56,469 nucleotides of DNA, taken from contig CAZSKP010000030.1 in the NCBI GenBank assembly GCA_964607485.1, positions 1 to 56,469 of the forward strand. Direction: 5' to 3'. The notes under the pieces were generated by a model. That model saw nothing but the letters and a program-made list of their open reading frames with translations, did no database searches and was not told where the DNA came from. Positions within the stretch are counted from its first letter, which is position 1. Every line of letters begins with the position of its first letter. Source of the DNA: an uncultured bacterium (GTDB lineage: Bacteria > Abyssobacteria > SURF-5). The translations under genes were made by a program, and so were the position numbers. Below, one piece after another: positions 38,387 to 47,404 of this stretch.

Positions 38387-40335
38387 CTGAACACAACATG
38401 ACCGCATCCCCTTCGCGGGGTTTCTCTCTGCACAGAGCCGTCGCCTTTGCCTGTCCCGCGATCGTTTTCCTTGCGAGCCTGACCCTGTACGTGCGCACGA
38501 TGCCGCCGGGCATCGCCGTCGTGGGCTACGCGGCCGACACGCTGAAGTTTCAATACATCGGGAAAATCCTCGGCACTCCCCATTTCGGTTATCCCACCTA
38601 CATGTTCCTGAACATCCTGTTCAGCCGCCTTCCCTTTTTCAACCTGGCGTACAGGCTGAACCTGCTTTCCGCACTGCTGGCCTCGGCCACGCTGGTCGTG
38701 CTGTACTTCATCATCCTGTTTCTCATCCGTAATCGTATTATCGCATTCGTCTGCGCGCTCCTGTTCGGGGTCACGTACACCTTTTGGGAAAACTCGATAA
38801 TAGCCGAGGTCTATTCCCTGAACACGCTGTTCATGTGCGGCGTATTGCTGCTTATGCTCGAGTGGAGCGAGACGAAGAGGCCTCTGTTCTTCTACCTCGG
38901 CTGTCTCGTCTATGCCGTCAGCTTCGGGAATCATCTCATACAGATAACTCTGCTTCCGGCGCTCGTGTACTGGACGTTCGCCGTTGACCGCAGCGTGCTC
39001 CTCAAAAGGAAGACATACCTCCTCATCGCACTGTTCATCCTGTTGGGGATGTCGCAGTACGAGTATGTACTCTGGCGTTCGTATCAGCTTCCGCCGCAGG
39101 AGAAGGTGTTCCAGTATTGGCCGTACGTCGAGGATTTCGGCAGGACGCACATGGAAGTATATGCAACGTCGATTCCCCAACTCTTCGACGAAGTCTCAGG
39201 GGGCGGATGGAGATCGCGGCTCGCGCAGTATTCCGCAGGGGAGGTCGTGCGGCAGAGGTTTCCTTTCCTCCGCGACCTCTTTCTCCTTCAGTTCAGTCCG
39301 GCGGGCATGATTCTCGGCCTGAGCGGAATCGGTCTTGCGTTTGTCCGGGACCGCAGGCGCGCCGTTTTTCTGCTGTTGATTCTCGCCGCGCATCTCGGAT
39401 TCGTAGCCACGTGGGGAATACCGGGAGTGGACGTGCACGTCATTCCCAGTTACCTTGTTCTCACCATTTTCATCGCGCACAACGACAACCTGTTCACGCT
39501 CCCGTGGTTTTCCCGGCATCTTCGCGTGCGTCGATTGGGAAGAGCATGCCTGGCGGTCGCGCTCGTGGGGCTGCTTGCGTTCCTGACGACGTCGCGCTAC
39601 CATAAGGTTGACCAGAGCGAGAACGTGTGGCTGGACAAGCTGACGGACAACGTGCTGTCGGAGATTCCCGACGACAGCTTCGTATTCACCAACCACGTGT
39701 ACGCGACGGCATTCTGGTACAAGCTCTACGGCGAGGACGCACGGCCGGGCGCGCGCATAAAGTTTTACCCCATCTGGAGGGTCTACCCCGAAGACCTCGA
39801 GTATGCCCTGAAGCACTATCGCAACGTCTTCTATTTCATGGACGAATTCTACTGGCCGATGATCGAACGCAATGGAATCGATTTCGAGATCGTAACGTTC
39901 CGCCAATGCGGCCTCCGCGAATACTTGAGCAGCCGCGAGCCCGGGGAGATCCTCGCGACATACGCCGACATGGACGGCGGTTTCTCGGCACAGGGTGGCG
40001 AGTTGCTGGGGATGCCTAACGCGGCGCCGGACGTCTTCGCCCTCGCCGGCGTGGTGGAGGCCAGCGGGAAGGTCCGCGTGCTGGCCTCGGCGCAGGGTCC
40101 GCTCGTGCTGAGAAAGGGAGAAGAACGTGAGGGCGTGAAAATGCCATCGGACATCGTCGTCGCGCCCGGCGAGGATGTTTACGTCGATGGCCGAGCATGC
40201 TCCCGATTCATGAAGCGGGACAACCTCGTTCTGCTGGACGCGGCCACCGGCAACGTGAAGGCGGCGGTTTACGTGGACTGGAAGCGCTCGGCGTCCGTCG
40301 AGCCGGCTCACTTTCTACGGGTGAAGAGACGCTGA
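38383..40335 (+). CDS. DUF2723/TMEM260-like GT-C membrane glycosyltransferase
   Basis: LYVRTMPP...D...HFGYPTY, RLNLLSA, FWENSIIAEVYSL and FGNH; many TMs. Confidence 0.82.
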   Translation: MTEHNMTASPSRGFSLHRAVAFACPAIVFLASLTLYVRTMPPGIAVVGYAADTLKFQYIGKILGTPHFGYPTYMFLNILFSRLPFFNLAYRLNLLSALLASATLVVLYFIILFLIRNRIIAFVCALLFGVTYTFWENSIIAEVYSLNTLFMCGVLLLMLEWSETKRPLFFYLGCLVYAVSFGNHLIQITLLPALVYWTFAVDRSVLLKRKTYLLIALFILLGMSQYEYVLWRSYQLPPQEKVFQYWPYVEDFGRTHMEVYATSIPQLFDEVSGGGWRSRLAQYSAGEVVRQRFPFLRDLFLLQFSPAGMILGLSGIGLAFVRDRRRAVFLLLILAAHLGFVATWGIPGVDVHVIPSYLVLTIFIAHNDNLFTLPWFSRHLRVRRLGRACLAVALVGLLAFLTTSRYHKVDQSENVWLDKLTDNVLSEIPDDSFVFTNHVYATAFWYKLYGEDARPGARIKFYPIWRVYPEDLEYALKHYRNVFYFMDEFYWPMIERNGIDFEIVTFRQCGLREYLSSREPGEILATYADMDGGFSAQGGELLGMPNAAPDVFALAGVVEASGKVRVLASAQGPLVLRKGEEREGVKMPSDIVVAPGEDVYVDGRACSRFMKRDNLVLLDAATGNVKAAVYVDWKRSASVEPAHFLRVKRR

Positions 40336-40383
40336 CGCGTTCGTTCAGCATCCATCTGGGCTCTTCTCGATTTCTCGAAACGC

Positions 40384-41898
40384 CTACCGTTGTCGCGGGT
40401 GTGGGGTTTGGCCGCTCCGCTCGAGCAGTGTTTCCAGCTCGTGGCGCACCTCGGCAGTATTCTGCAGGTGAGCGAGGGCGGCCTTGTAGTGAAGTATCGC
40501 CTCGTTGGTTTGGCCGAGTTGCGCGTAACATCTGGCGAGGTTGACGTGTGCCTCGGCCAGGTCGTCTTTTAGCTCGACCGCCCTGTTCAAAGCGTCGATC
40601 GCCTCCGGAATCCGTCCGCGCTTCATGTATTCGAACCCCAAATTGTTGAAGGCGACATAGCTTGAAGGCGAGCTTTTCGCGGTCTTCGACCACAGCCGCG
40701 TCGCGTCGCTCCAGTCGTTGTTCCTGCCGATTGCGAGCAACATGAAGCAAAAAACCATCGCCACGATGCCGGCCACGGCGATCCGTCTTCGCGATTGCCG
40801 CATATTCGGCACGCCTGCCGCACACACTGCAAGCAGAATGCAAAAGCCGATGGAGGGTCCGTACAGGAAGCGGTCGGCCACTATGGCGTTTACCGGGATT
40901 ATGTTCGAAACCGGCAGCATCGTCACGGCGAACCAATACAAGCAGAACGAAAAATAAGAAGCGCGGCGGAACGCGGCGACAGCGGCGGCGACCATTAGTA
41001 TTACGAGGCAGAGGCTTGGGAAGACGGACGCATCGAATAGCGAATGATGAGGCTGAAAATGACGGGACAATGAGAGGCCGACGGGCACGAACAGCAGCTT
41101 CGTGTATATGCTCACCGCCCTCAGCATCGCCAGAAATGTCACATATACGCTTCCCCCGTGATACGGCACCTGCCCCAGTCTGCCTAAGACGTGAGACCTC
41201 AGCAGAACGTATCCGACCGCAACCACAGCAAACGGCACGTACATCCACGCCTGTCGCAGCCGCCGCCGGGGAGACCATTCGGGATGAAAATAGAGGTCGT
41301 GCCCGAAGAGGAGGGCCGGAAGGGGGATGGCCATCTCCTTCGCCAGCAGCGAGACACCATATGCCGCGACCGCCCCCAAAAAAAGGAGCAGCCTCCGGAA
41401 TCCGGAACGGGAGCCGGCGCTTATGTAAAGCGAATACGCGAGAAGAAAAAAGAACAAGAACAGCACATTGCCCCGGCCGGATATCCACGTGACCGCCTCG
41501 GTGTGGACGGGGTGCACGGCGAATATCAAGGCTCCCGCAAACGAGGGGCCGCGTTGAAACCCAAGCTGCTGAAGCAGCAGAAACAGCAAGAACACGTTCA
41601 GCGTGTGGAACGACAGGTTCACGAGGTGGTACCCCACGGGCTCGAGCCCGCCGAGCGCATAATTGAGAGCGAAGGTGAACGACGCGAGTGGCCTGTACAC
41701 GTGGTAGCTGACGGGCTGCGAGAAGGCCTCGGGTGAAAGCAGGAACTTCGACGGCGGAGTGAAGGTTCTTATCGCCTCGTTGTTAAACACGAAGGCGTAA
41801 TCATCGTAAACGAAATCCGCTTTGAGCGAATTGGCATAGGCCAGCGCGACCGCAAGCGCGAGCAGCAAGAGTGCGAGAACAGGCTTACGTTTGTCCAT
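40384..41898 (-). CDS. TMTC-like GT-C membrane protein with C-terminal TPRs
   Basis: YANSL..FVYDD, YRPL, FAVHPVHTEAVTWISGR, LLAKE and ADRFLY; TPR repeats AFNNLG / AHVNLA. Confidence 0.85.
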   Translation of the reverse strand: MDKRKPVLALLLLALAVALAYANSLKADFVYDDYAFVFNNEAIRTFTPPSKFLLSPEAFSQPVSYHVYRPLASFTFALNYALGGLEPVGYHLVNLSFHTLNVFLLFLLLQQLGFQRGPSFAGALIFAVHPVHTEAVTWISGRGNVLFLFFFLLAYSLYISAGSRSGFRRLLLFLGAVAAYGVSLLAKEMAIPLPALLFGHDLYFHPEWSPRRRLRQAWMYVPFAVVAVGYVLLRSHVLGRLGQVPYHGGSVYVTFLAMLRAVSIYTKLLFVPVGLSLSRHFQPHHSLFDASVFPSLCLVILMVAAAVAAFRRASYFSFCLYWFAVTMLPVSNIIPVNAIVADRFLYGPSIGFCILLAVCAAGVPNMRQSRRRIAVAGIVAMVFCFMLLAIGRNNDWSDATRLWSKTAKSSPSSYVAFNNLGFEYMKRGRIPEAIDALNRAVELKDDLAEAHVNLARCYAQLGQTNEAILHYKAALAHLQNTAEVRHELETLLERSGQTPHPRQR

Positions 41899-42047
41899 AG
41901 GAGCGGAAACGGAAGGGATAATTCGACAGTGGTCTCATGGATGGGTAGATTCTAACAGAGCGGTAAATCGACCGTCAAGAAAAAGGGATGAGGATAAGCG
42001 AGACCGTTCAGCTTGGCCGGCTCTCCCAACAAGGCTGTCTCTCGGCC

Positions 42048-42737
42048 TCAGTCCTGGTGCTCGCCGGACTCTTCGTCCATGTGTTCCGGCTGCATGGAAC
42101 CATGTTCGGCGGTTTCTTCCTCCATGGGAGCGTGTTCGGTAGTTTCTTCATGCATGTGAGATGATTCCCCCGCCTCTTCCTCGGCGTGATGATGGTCCTC
42201 TTCGCCGCCCGCCTCGACCTTCCACTTTCCTGCTTCTTTCAGCGCGGCCTCAAGCTTCTGCGCCTCTTCGGGGTTGGCGAGCGCGCGCATGTAGTAGACG
42301 ATCTTCCACTGGGTGGTGCTGTCGATGATTTTCTCCCAGCCGGGCATGCCGGTAAAGCGGATGCCGTTATCCACTATCCACTTGAGCTGCCCGTCGGAGT
42401 ACTCTTGCACGTCTCCGGAGGTCAGGTCGGCCACGGGCGGGTAGAACGCTTTTGCGAAATCGGAATCCGCATCGCCCTCGAGGTCGTGGCAGACGGCGCA
42501 GTGATGGTTGAAATGCTCTCCGCCCGTGAGCAGGTTCTCCTCGGACCTTTCGATGGGAACGGCGGGAGGAGTCTGTTCGGGAATTCTGAGATTCTTGAGC
42601 TCATCGATGATGAATGCCTCCAAATTGGACGGCTTGACGACGGCCTTCTTTCCGACCATCGAGACACCAATAATGATTCCGACTACTCCGCTCAGGACGA
42701 TTCCTATTATCAATCCCACCCAGAATTGCTTTTTCAT
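42048..42737 (-). CDS. Membrane-anchored monoheme c-type cytochrome with His/Glu/Met-rich tail
   Basis: N-terminal TM, CAVCH, GIRFTGMPGW distal Met; GGAGG RBS. Confidence 0.88.
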   Translation of the reverse strand: MKKQFWVGLIIGIVLSGVVGIIIGVSMVGKKAVVKPSNLEAFIIDELKNLRIPEQTPPAVPIERSEENLLTGGEHFNHHCAVCHDLEGDADSDFAKAFYPPVADLTSGDVQEYSDGQLKWIVDNGIRFTGMPGWEKIIDSTTQWKIVYYMRALANPEEAQKLEAALKEAGKWKVEAGGEEDHHHAEEEAGESSHMHEETTEHAPMEEETAEHGSMQPEHMDEESGEHQD

Positions 42738-42952
42738 GTCTTTGGTCCTCCGCAAGCTGTTAGTGTTTAAGAGGTTGGTTTGACCAACACGACTGCGCTT
42801 CGCCGTTTTGCCGGACTACAGAGACTATACACTGAATTTCTTGAATCGGCTAGGGGCAATGGAGGAGAGGGGCCTGCGCCGAATTGATTGTTCGCCGGCC
42901 AGGTGATATATTGAAGTGAAATCGGGGATGAGGCCGAGATGGAGAGAATGTC

Positions 42953-43267
42953 ATGAAGAGAATATTCGCGAATGCGCGTGAGCTCGAATGGGTTGAGGGT
43001 CCGTATCCGAATGTGAAGATGAAGGTATTCCCGTCGGAAATGGAGAGCGGGACGTACAGCATCCTGCTCGATGTTCCGCCGGGGGCGACATTGGAGCGGC
43101 ACGACGAACCGCTCAACGAGGTGTTCTACATCTTGAGCGGCACGATGAGCATCGAGGGAAAGCAATACGGCGAGGGCACCTACTATTTCACCCCCGCAGG
43201 CATGGCGCACGGTCCGTTTGAGAGCCGCGACGGCTGCCTCGTTCTCGTCACGAAGTTTTCGAGGTAA
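42953..43267 (+). CDS. Cupin domain protein (ChrR-like)
   Basis: PGATLERH..EVFYILSG and PAGMAHGPF. Confidence 0.85.
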   Translation: MKRIFANARELEWVEGPYPNVKMKVFPSEMESGTYSILLDVPPGATLERHDEPLNEVFYILSGTMSIEGKQYGEGTYYFTPAGMAHGPFESRDGCLVLVTKFSR

Positions 43268-43315
43268 GCCCGGAGAAACCCCCCTTGCAGCCGATATCCG
43301 CGCGGAGAGAAACGG

Positions 43316-44305
43316 TCAGGGGGCCTCGGCCTGGGGAGTTGCAGCCGGCGGTTGTTCGGGGATGGGGGGAATCGCCGAGGTCTCGGGCATGAGCCTCTCC
43401 GGCTCGACGGCAAGCGGCCACGCGGCCTCGTCCGCGGATGCGGCCTCAACTGTGGGAATTAGCTTGATGAGCACCGACACGACTGCGCGCCGGTTTTTTT
43501 GTCTGCCCTCGGCGGTTGTGTTGGATGCCTCCGGCCGCGATTCTCCATAGGCTTCTATCTCGAACAGCTTTCTGTCGAGTCCGTGTTTGCTCACCAGATA
43601 ATCGACCACAGCCTGCGCGCGTCTTCGGGAAAGCCCGACATTATACGCCTCCGGCCCCGTCCAGTCGGCGTGGCCCTCCACGATCACGCGCGCGGGTCTT
43701 TGCGCAGCTATGAATTTCGCCATCTGTTCGAGCTCGGGAGCCCATTTCTGCTCGATGCCGGAGGAATCGAACTTGAAGAGCACCTTCGAGGGTATGATGC
43801 GTCGCCGGGCGGGTGTCTCGGCCGCGGGTGGAATCTCCATCGATGACACATCCACGGTTTCCGCTCCCAACTCTTCGGGCGTGATGCCCGCGGGTCCCGC
43901 CGGGGCTTCGAGCACAAGACAATCGCCCAGCATGACCGTCTCATAGCGCACTCGCGGATGCTCCTGCCTCGACGCAAACTCGATCATGCGGCCGATCAGA
44001 ACCTCGTTTTGCACGTCGATTACCTGCAGACGCCCGGCGTAGAGATTCAGCCGATGCTCACCGCCGGGCTCCTGAGCAACCTTTTTGGGGCGGAACACTT
44101 TGAAAATGCTGCCAGGGCGGATGTCCATCTTCTTGTCGACAACGATATAGACGTCGGATGGTATGGTCTCCTCCGGCTTTGTCTCTATCGTGGCCACATC
44201 TATCACGAGGCCGTCGCAGTCAATAGTGCTCCCCCATGCGCCCGGGGCGGCAACGCTCAGCAGCAATAAAGCGACGAGAATTGTGGCAGGCTTCCGGTAT
44301 GACAT
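43316..44305 (-). CDS. Exported OmpA-family peptidoglycan-binding protein
   Basis: Signal peptide; VLFKFDSS, VEGHAD..YN..LSRRRA, YGESRP and GRQKNRR. Confidence 0.9.
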   Translation of the reverse strand: MSYRKPATILVALLLLSVAAPGAWGSTIDCDGLVIDVATIETKPEETIPSDVYIVVDKKMDIRPGSIFKVFRPKKVAQEPGGEHRLNLYAGRLQVIDVQNEVLIGRMIEFASRQEHPRVRYETVMLGDCLVLEAPAGPAGITPEELGAETVDVSSMEIPPAAETPARRRIIPSKVLFKFDSSGIEQKWAPELEQMAKFIAAQRPARVIVEGHADWTGPEAYNVGLSRRRAQAVVDYLVSKHGLDRKLFEIEAYGESRPEASNTTAEGRQKNRRAVVSVLIKLIPTVEAASADEAAWPLAVEPERLMPETSAIPPIPEQPPAATPQAEAP

Positions 44306-44311
44306 CGGCTC

Positions 44312-44641
44312 TCAGGCCTTCAGGCTGCGCCCGATTCGAAAGAGCCCGATTATGACCAATATTAACCCGAGGCGCAATCCCCAACTGAGGAAGTACGCAA
44401 AATTTCCGCTGTTCAGCCGTCCAACCAGCGACCAGTCTCTGAAATAGCTTCCGTTGAAGCCGGAACACGTGAACGCGAGCAGGCCATAGATTCCAAAGCA
44501 CAAAAGGCCCACGAATACCAAGTTGGCGCCCGGCACGGTCTTGGAGTGCTTGTAATTCACGTAAGCGCCGTACACGCACACCAGAAAGAGCACAACGAGC
44601 AGACCGTTCTCAATCGTCCTGGAGAGGGCAAAACTCATCAT
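44312..44641 (-). CDS. Small membrane protein of unknown function
   Basis: Three hydrophobic helices; overlaps the upstream stop; GGAGG RBS. Confidence 0.65.
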   Translation of the reverse strand: MMSFALSRTIENGLLVVLFLVCVYGAYVNYKHSKTVPGANLVFVGLLCFGIYGLLAFTCSGFNGSYFRDWSLVGRLNSGNFAYFLSWGLRLGLILVIIGLFRIGRSLKA

Positions 44642-45018
44642 TGTGACGCTCCTCCTTCCGCTCCTTCTCGGGTCTTCAGCGAAATCAGCCTCTTGCTGAC
44701 GGCTATAAAGAGTCCTGCGGCCACGAGATCGAAGACATTGGCCAACAGCGCCACGTCCTTGAACACTCCCACCTTGTCGGAAGTGCCTTGCTCCACCTTC
44801 CCAACGAGTTCACCGATATAGGCCATCGCGTAAAGCGCATAGATTCTCACGCAATACGAAAAAATGGCACCGGCAAGAATTACCAGCACGAGCGCGAAGG
44901 CCAACATGAGTCTGGACCGCTTATCCGGGATGAACTTGAACAGAAGAATGAGCGCAATCAGACACGTCACCGCAAGGATTATACTGACTCCGCTGAACGC
45001 AAACCTCCCTGTTATCAT
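44638..45018 (-). CDS. Small membrane protein of unknown function
   Basis: Three hydrophobic helices; AAGGAGG RBS before ATG 45018. Confidence 0.65.
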   Translation of the reverse strand: MITGRFAFSGVSIILAVTCLIALILLFKFIPDKRSRLMLAFALVLVILAGAIFSYCVRIYALYAMAYIGELVGKVEQGTSDKVGVFKDVALLANVFDLVAAGLFIAVSKRLISLKTREGAEGGASQ

Positions 45019-45127
45019 CCGAGCCTCCTTTCCGAGTGTTTCAGCCGCCTCGCGCCAAGGCCGACCAGCGAATGCGTAGAATCGCGGGCAACATTCCGGT
45101 CGCATCAAACTCAGACGGCGTCGGCTG

Positions 45128-45382
45128 TTACCAGAAAATGCGGGTTACCACTTCCCTGAGCAGTTGCACGAAAAAGATAGCGATTATTGGGGAGATGTCT
45201 ATCGTGCCGCCGATGGGCGGTATGACGCTCTGGATCGGCTCGAGGATGGGGTCGGTTACCGCATAGAGGACCCGGACAAATTGGTTCTCTCGCCCCATTC
45301 CCACCCAGGAAACCACAGCGCGGATAATGATAAGTAGGGTATAGAGGTTGAGAAGAGTAACGATGAAATTGCCGATTATCAC
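45128..45382 (-). CDS. yggT: YggT family membrane protein
   Basis: IIRAVVSW, VTDPILEPI..IPP and IDISPIIA. Confidence 0.9.
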   Translation of the reverse strand: MIIGNFIVTLLNLYTLLIIIRAVVSWVGMGRENQFVRVLYAVTDPILEPIQSVIPPIGGTIDISPIIAIFFVQLLREVVTRIFW

Positions 45383-45436
45383 AGTCGTGGGAGCTCGATT
45401 CCAGCCCGGATATTCGACACGCCAACCAAGGCGAGG

Positions 45437-45628
45437 TCAGGACATCTTTTTCACTTTTTCGGCTTTAAGACAGCTCGTGCACACGCGCATCGTGCGCACG
45501 CTGCCTTTGTGCGTCACCTTCGTAAGCTGCAGGTTCGGTTTCCAACGTCTCTTGGTCTTGTTATGCGCATGGCTGATGTTGTAGCCGACGGTGGGCTTTT
45601 TCCCACATATATCGCAAACCCTGGCCAA
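45437..45628 (-). CDS. rpmB: 50S ribosomal protein L28
   Basis: [37 protein letters not shown] start after GGAGGTG. Confidence 0.97.
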   Translation of the reverse strand: MARVCDICGKKPTVGYNISHAHNKTKRRWKPNLQLTKVTHKGSVRTMRVCTSCLKAEKVKKMS

Positions 45629-45650
45629 CTGGGTCACCTCCGCGGAAATC

Positions 45651-45725
45651 TTTACTTTTCCAAGTAGTTTATGCTATACTCACCCAACGGCCAATTAGGT
45701 TACCACAATTCGCCCGATTATGCAA
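45651..45725. promoter_or_regulatory. Face-to-face sigma-70-like promoters (hisS-aspS unit on +, rpmB on -)
   Basis: Plus strand TTTACT-N18-TATACT with TG extension (45651-45680); minus strand TTGCAT-N17-TAACCT with TG extension (45697-45725). Confidence 0.45.
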
Positions 45726-45874
45726 GAAGAATCGTTTGACGTCGGCTTTATGCCGTAGAAGCCGACGGCACGCCCTGTGGAGACTCTGGGGCAGGCCGTT
45801 CAGGGTCTGCTCGCATTTCGGGAAGGGATGGCGTAGCCATCCTGCACGCTCCTCCGGGCGTGATTGTTATTATT

Positions 45875-46090
45875 ATGAAGATTACGAAAGACACCAAAAT
45901 AGCCGATGTGCTGAAGATGCGTCCGTCGCGCAAGGCGGTGCTTGCGAAATACATCCCGGAGTGCATAAAATGTGGCGGCTCATCGGCAGAAAGCATCGAA
46001 CGCGGCGCCAAAATGCACGGAGTTGACCCAGACCTGGTCATCAAGGAGCTCAACCGCGTCGCAAAACCGCGCAAAAAAAGTGAAAAGTAA
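45875..46090 (+). CDS. DUF1858/ScdA_N-like small CxxC protein
   Basis: ITKDTKIADV, CIKC and ESIERGAKMHGVD..LN. Confidence 0.78.
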   Translation: MKITKDTKIADVLKMRPSRKAVLAKYIPECIKCGGSSAESIERGAKMHGVDPDLVIKELNRVAKPRKKSEK

Positions 46091-47345
46091 GGCGAACATC
46101 TCGGCCCCGCGCGGAATGTACGACCTCCTGCCCGAGAGCATCCTGCAGTGGCATCTCCTCGAGGAAACCGCCCGAAGACTGTTCCACCGCTACGGATATT
46201 CCGAAATCAGGACGCCGCTCGTGGAGGACACACAGCTCTTCGCACGGGGAATCGGCGAATCGACCGACATCGTGACGAAGGAGATGTACACGTTCACCGA
46301 CCGCAAGGGCCGCAGTCTGACACTCCGTCCCGAGGGAACGGCCTCGATAGTGAGGGCGTACGTGGAAAACAAGATGCACGCGCGCCGGCCCTTCTCAAAG
46401 CTCTACTACCTCGGCCCGATGTTCCGTTACGAGCGTCCCCAGACGGGCCGAAACAGGCAGTTTTATCAGATAGGAGCCGAAGTCATCGGGTCTGCGAGCC
46501 CGGTTGTCGATTTTGAAATCATCGAGATGTCGCACTCGTATTTCAGGGAGCTCGGATTCAAGAAGCTTGTGCTCTTTTTGAACAGCCTCGGCTGCTCCAA
46601 CGACCGACCGAGGTTCGCCGAGGCGCTGAAAAAGTACTTCAGCGACAAACTGCCGATGCTGTGCCCCGACTGCCGCAAGAGGCTGGACAAAAACCCGCTG
46701 CGCGTGCTCGACTGCGGCGTGGAAAACTGCAAGAAGCTGGCGGCGGGCGCGCCCACGACACTGGAGCACCTCTGCGGCGATTGCGAGAGCCACATGGGAG
46801 CGCTGCGCGAGCTGCTCGGGCGGGCAGGCGTGGAATACGTTCTCGAACCTCATCTGGTGCGGGGACTGGATTACTATACGCGCACCGTGTTCGAGATTCA
46901 GCATCCCGCGCTCGGCGCAAGGAGCGCGGTGTGCGGTGGGGGCAGGTATGATAATCTGGTGGAAGAAGTTGGCGGACCGCCGACGCCGGCTGCCGGCTTT
47001 TCGTTGGGAATAGAGGCCACGCTGGTGGCCATGGAAAAGGAACGGCTGCAAGCGCCCTCTGCGCCCGCGCCCGTCGCCTTCATCTGTTCGGTCGGCAAGA
47101 GAGCGTCCTTCGAGGCCGCGCTGCTTGCGGTCAGGCTGAGGGACGCCGGGCTCTGGGTGGAATTCGATTATGAGGGACGCAGCCTCAAGGCCCAGATGAA
47201 GCTGGCGAACAAGGCGGGAGCGAAGTTTGCCATCATACTCGGAGAGGAAGAGCTGGCGAAACAGGCGGCCCGCGTGCGCGAGATGGCTACCGGCGAGGAA
47301 TCGGACGTTCCTCTCGACACGCTTCTGTCCAAACTCGCGGTCTGA
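46080..47345 (+). CDS. hisS: Histidine--tRNA ligase
   Basis: PRGMYD, LRPEGTA, FRYERPQ, LVRGLDYY and GGGRYD; GTG start inferred. Confidence 0.97.
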   Translation: MKSKANISAPRGMYDLLPESILQWHLLEETARRLFHRYGYSEIRTPLVEDTQLFARGIGESTDIVTKEMYTFTDRKGRSLTLRPEGTASIVRAYVENKMHARRPFSKLYYLGPMFRYERPQTGRNRQFYQIGAEVIGSASPVVDFEIIEMSHSYFRELGFKKLVLFLNSLGCSNDRPRFAEALKKYFSDKLPMLCPDCRKRLDKNPLRVLDCGVENCKKLAAGAPTTLEHLCGDCESHMGALRELLGRAGVEYVLEPHLVRGLDYYTRTVFEIQHPALGARSAVCGGGRYDNLVEEVGGPPTPAAGFSLGIEATLVAMEKERLQAPSAPAPVAFICSVGKRASFEAALLAVRLRDAGLWVEFDYEGRSLKAQMKLANKAGAKFAIILGEEELAKQAARVREMATGEESDVPLDTLLSKLAV

Positions 47346-47404
47346 CAGGAGTGGAGACGGCGGTGCCCGGTGGCTTTTTCTGATTTCATGAACGGAGCCT
47401 CGAC

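Noticed and set aside
43316-43400. IPPIPEQPP near the OmpA C-terminus as a PEP-CTERM signal
   Set aside because: No following TM helix or basic cluster
45690-45874. T-box riboswitch upstream of hisS-aspS
   Set aside because: No GGTGGNACC T-box sequence or terminator/antiterminator pair recognised
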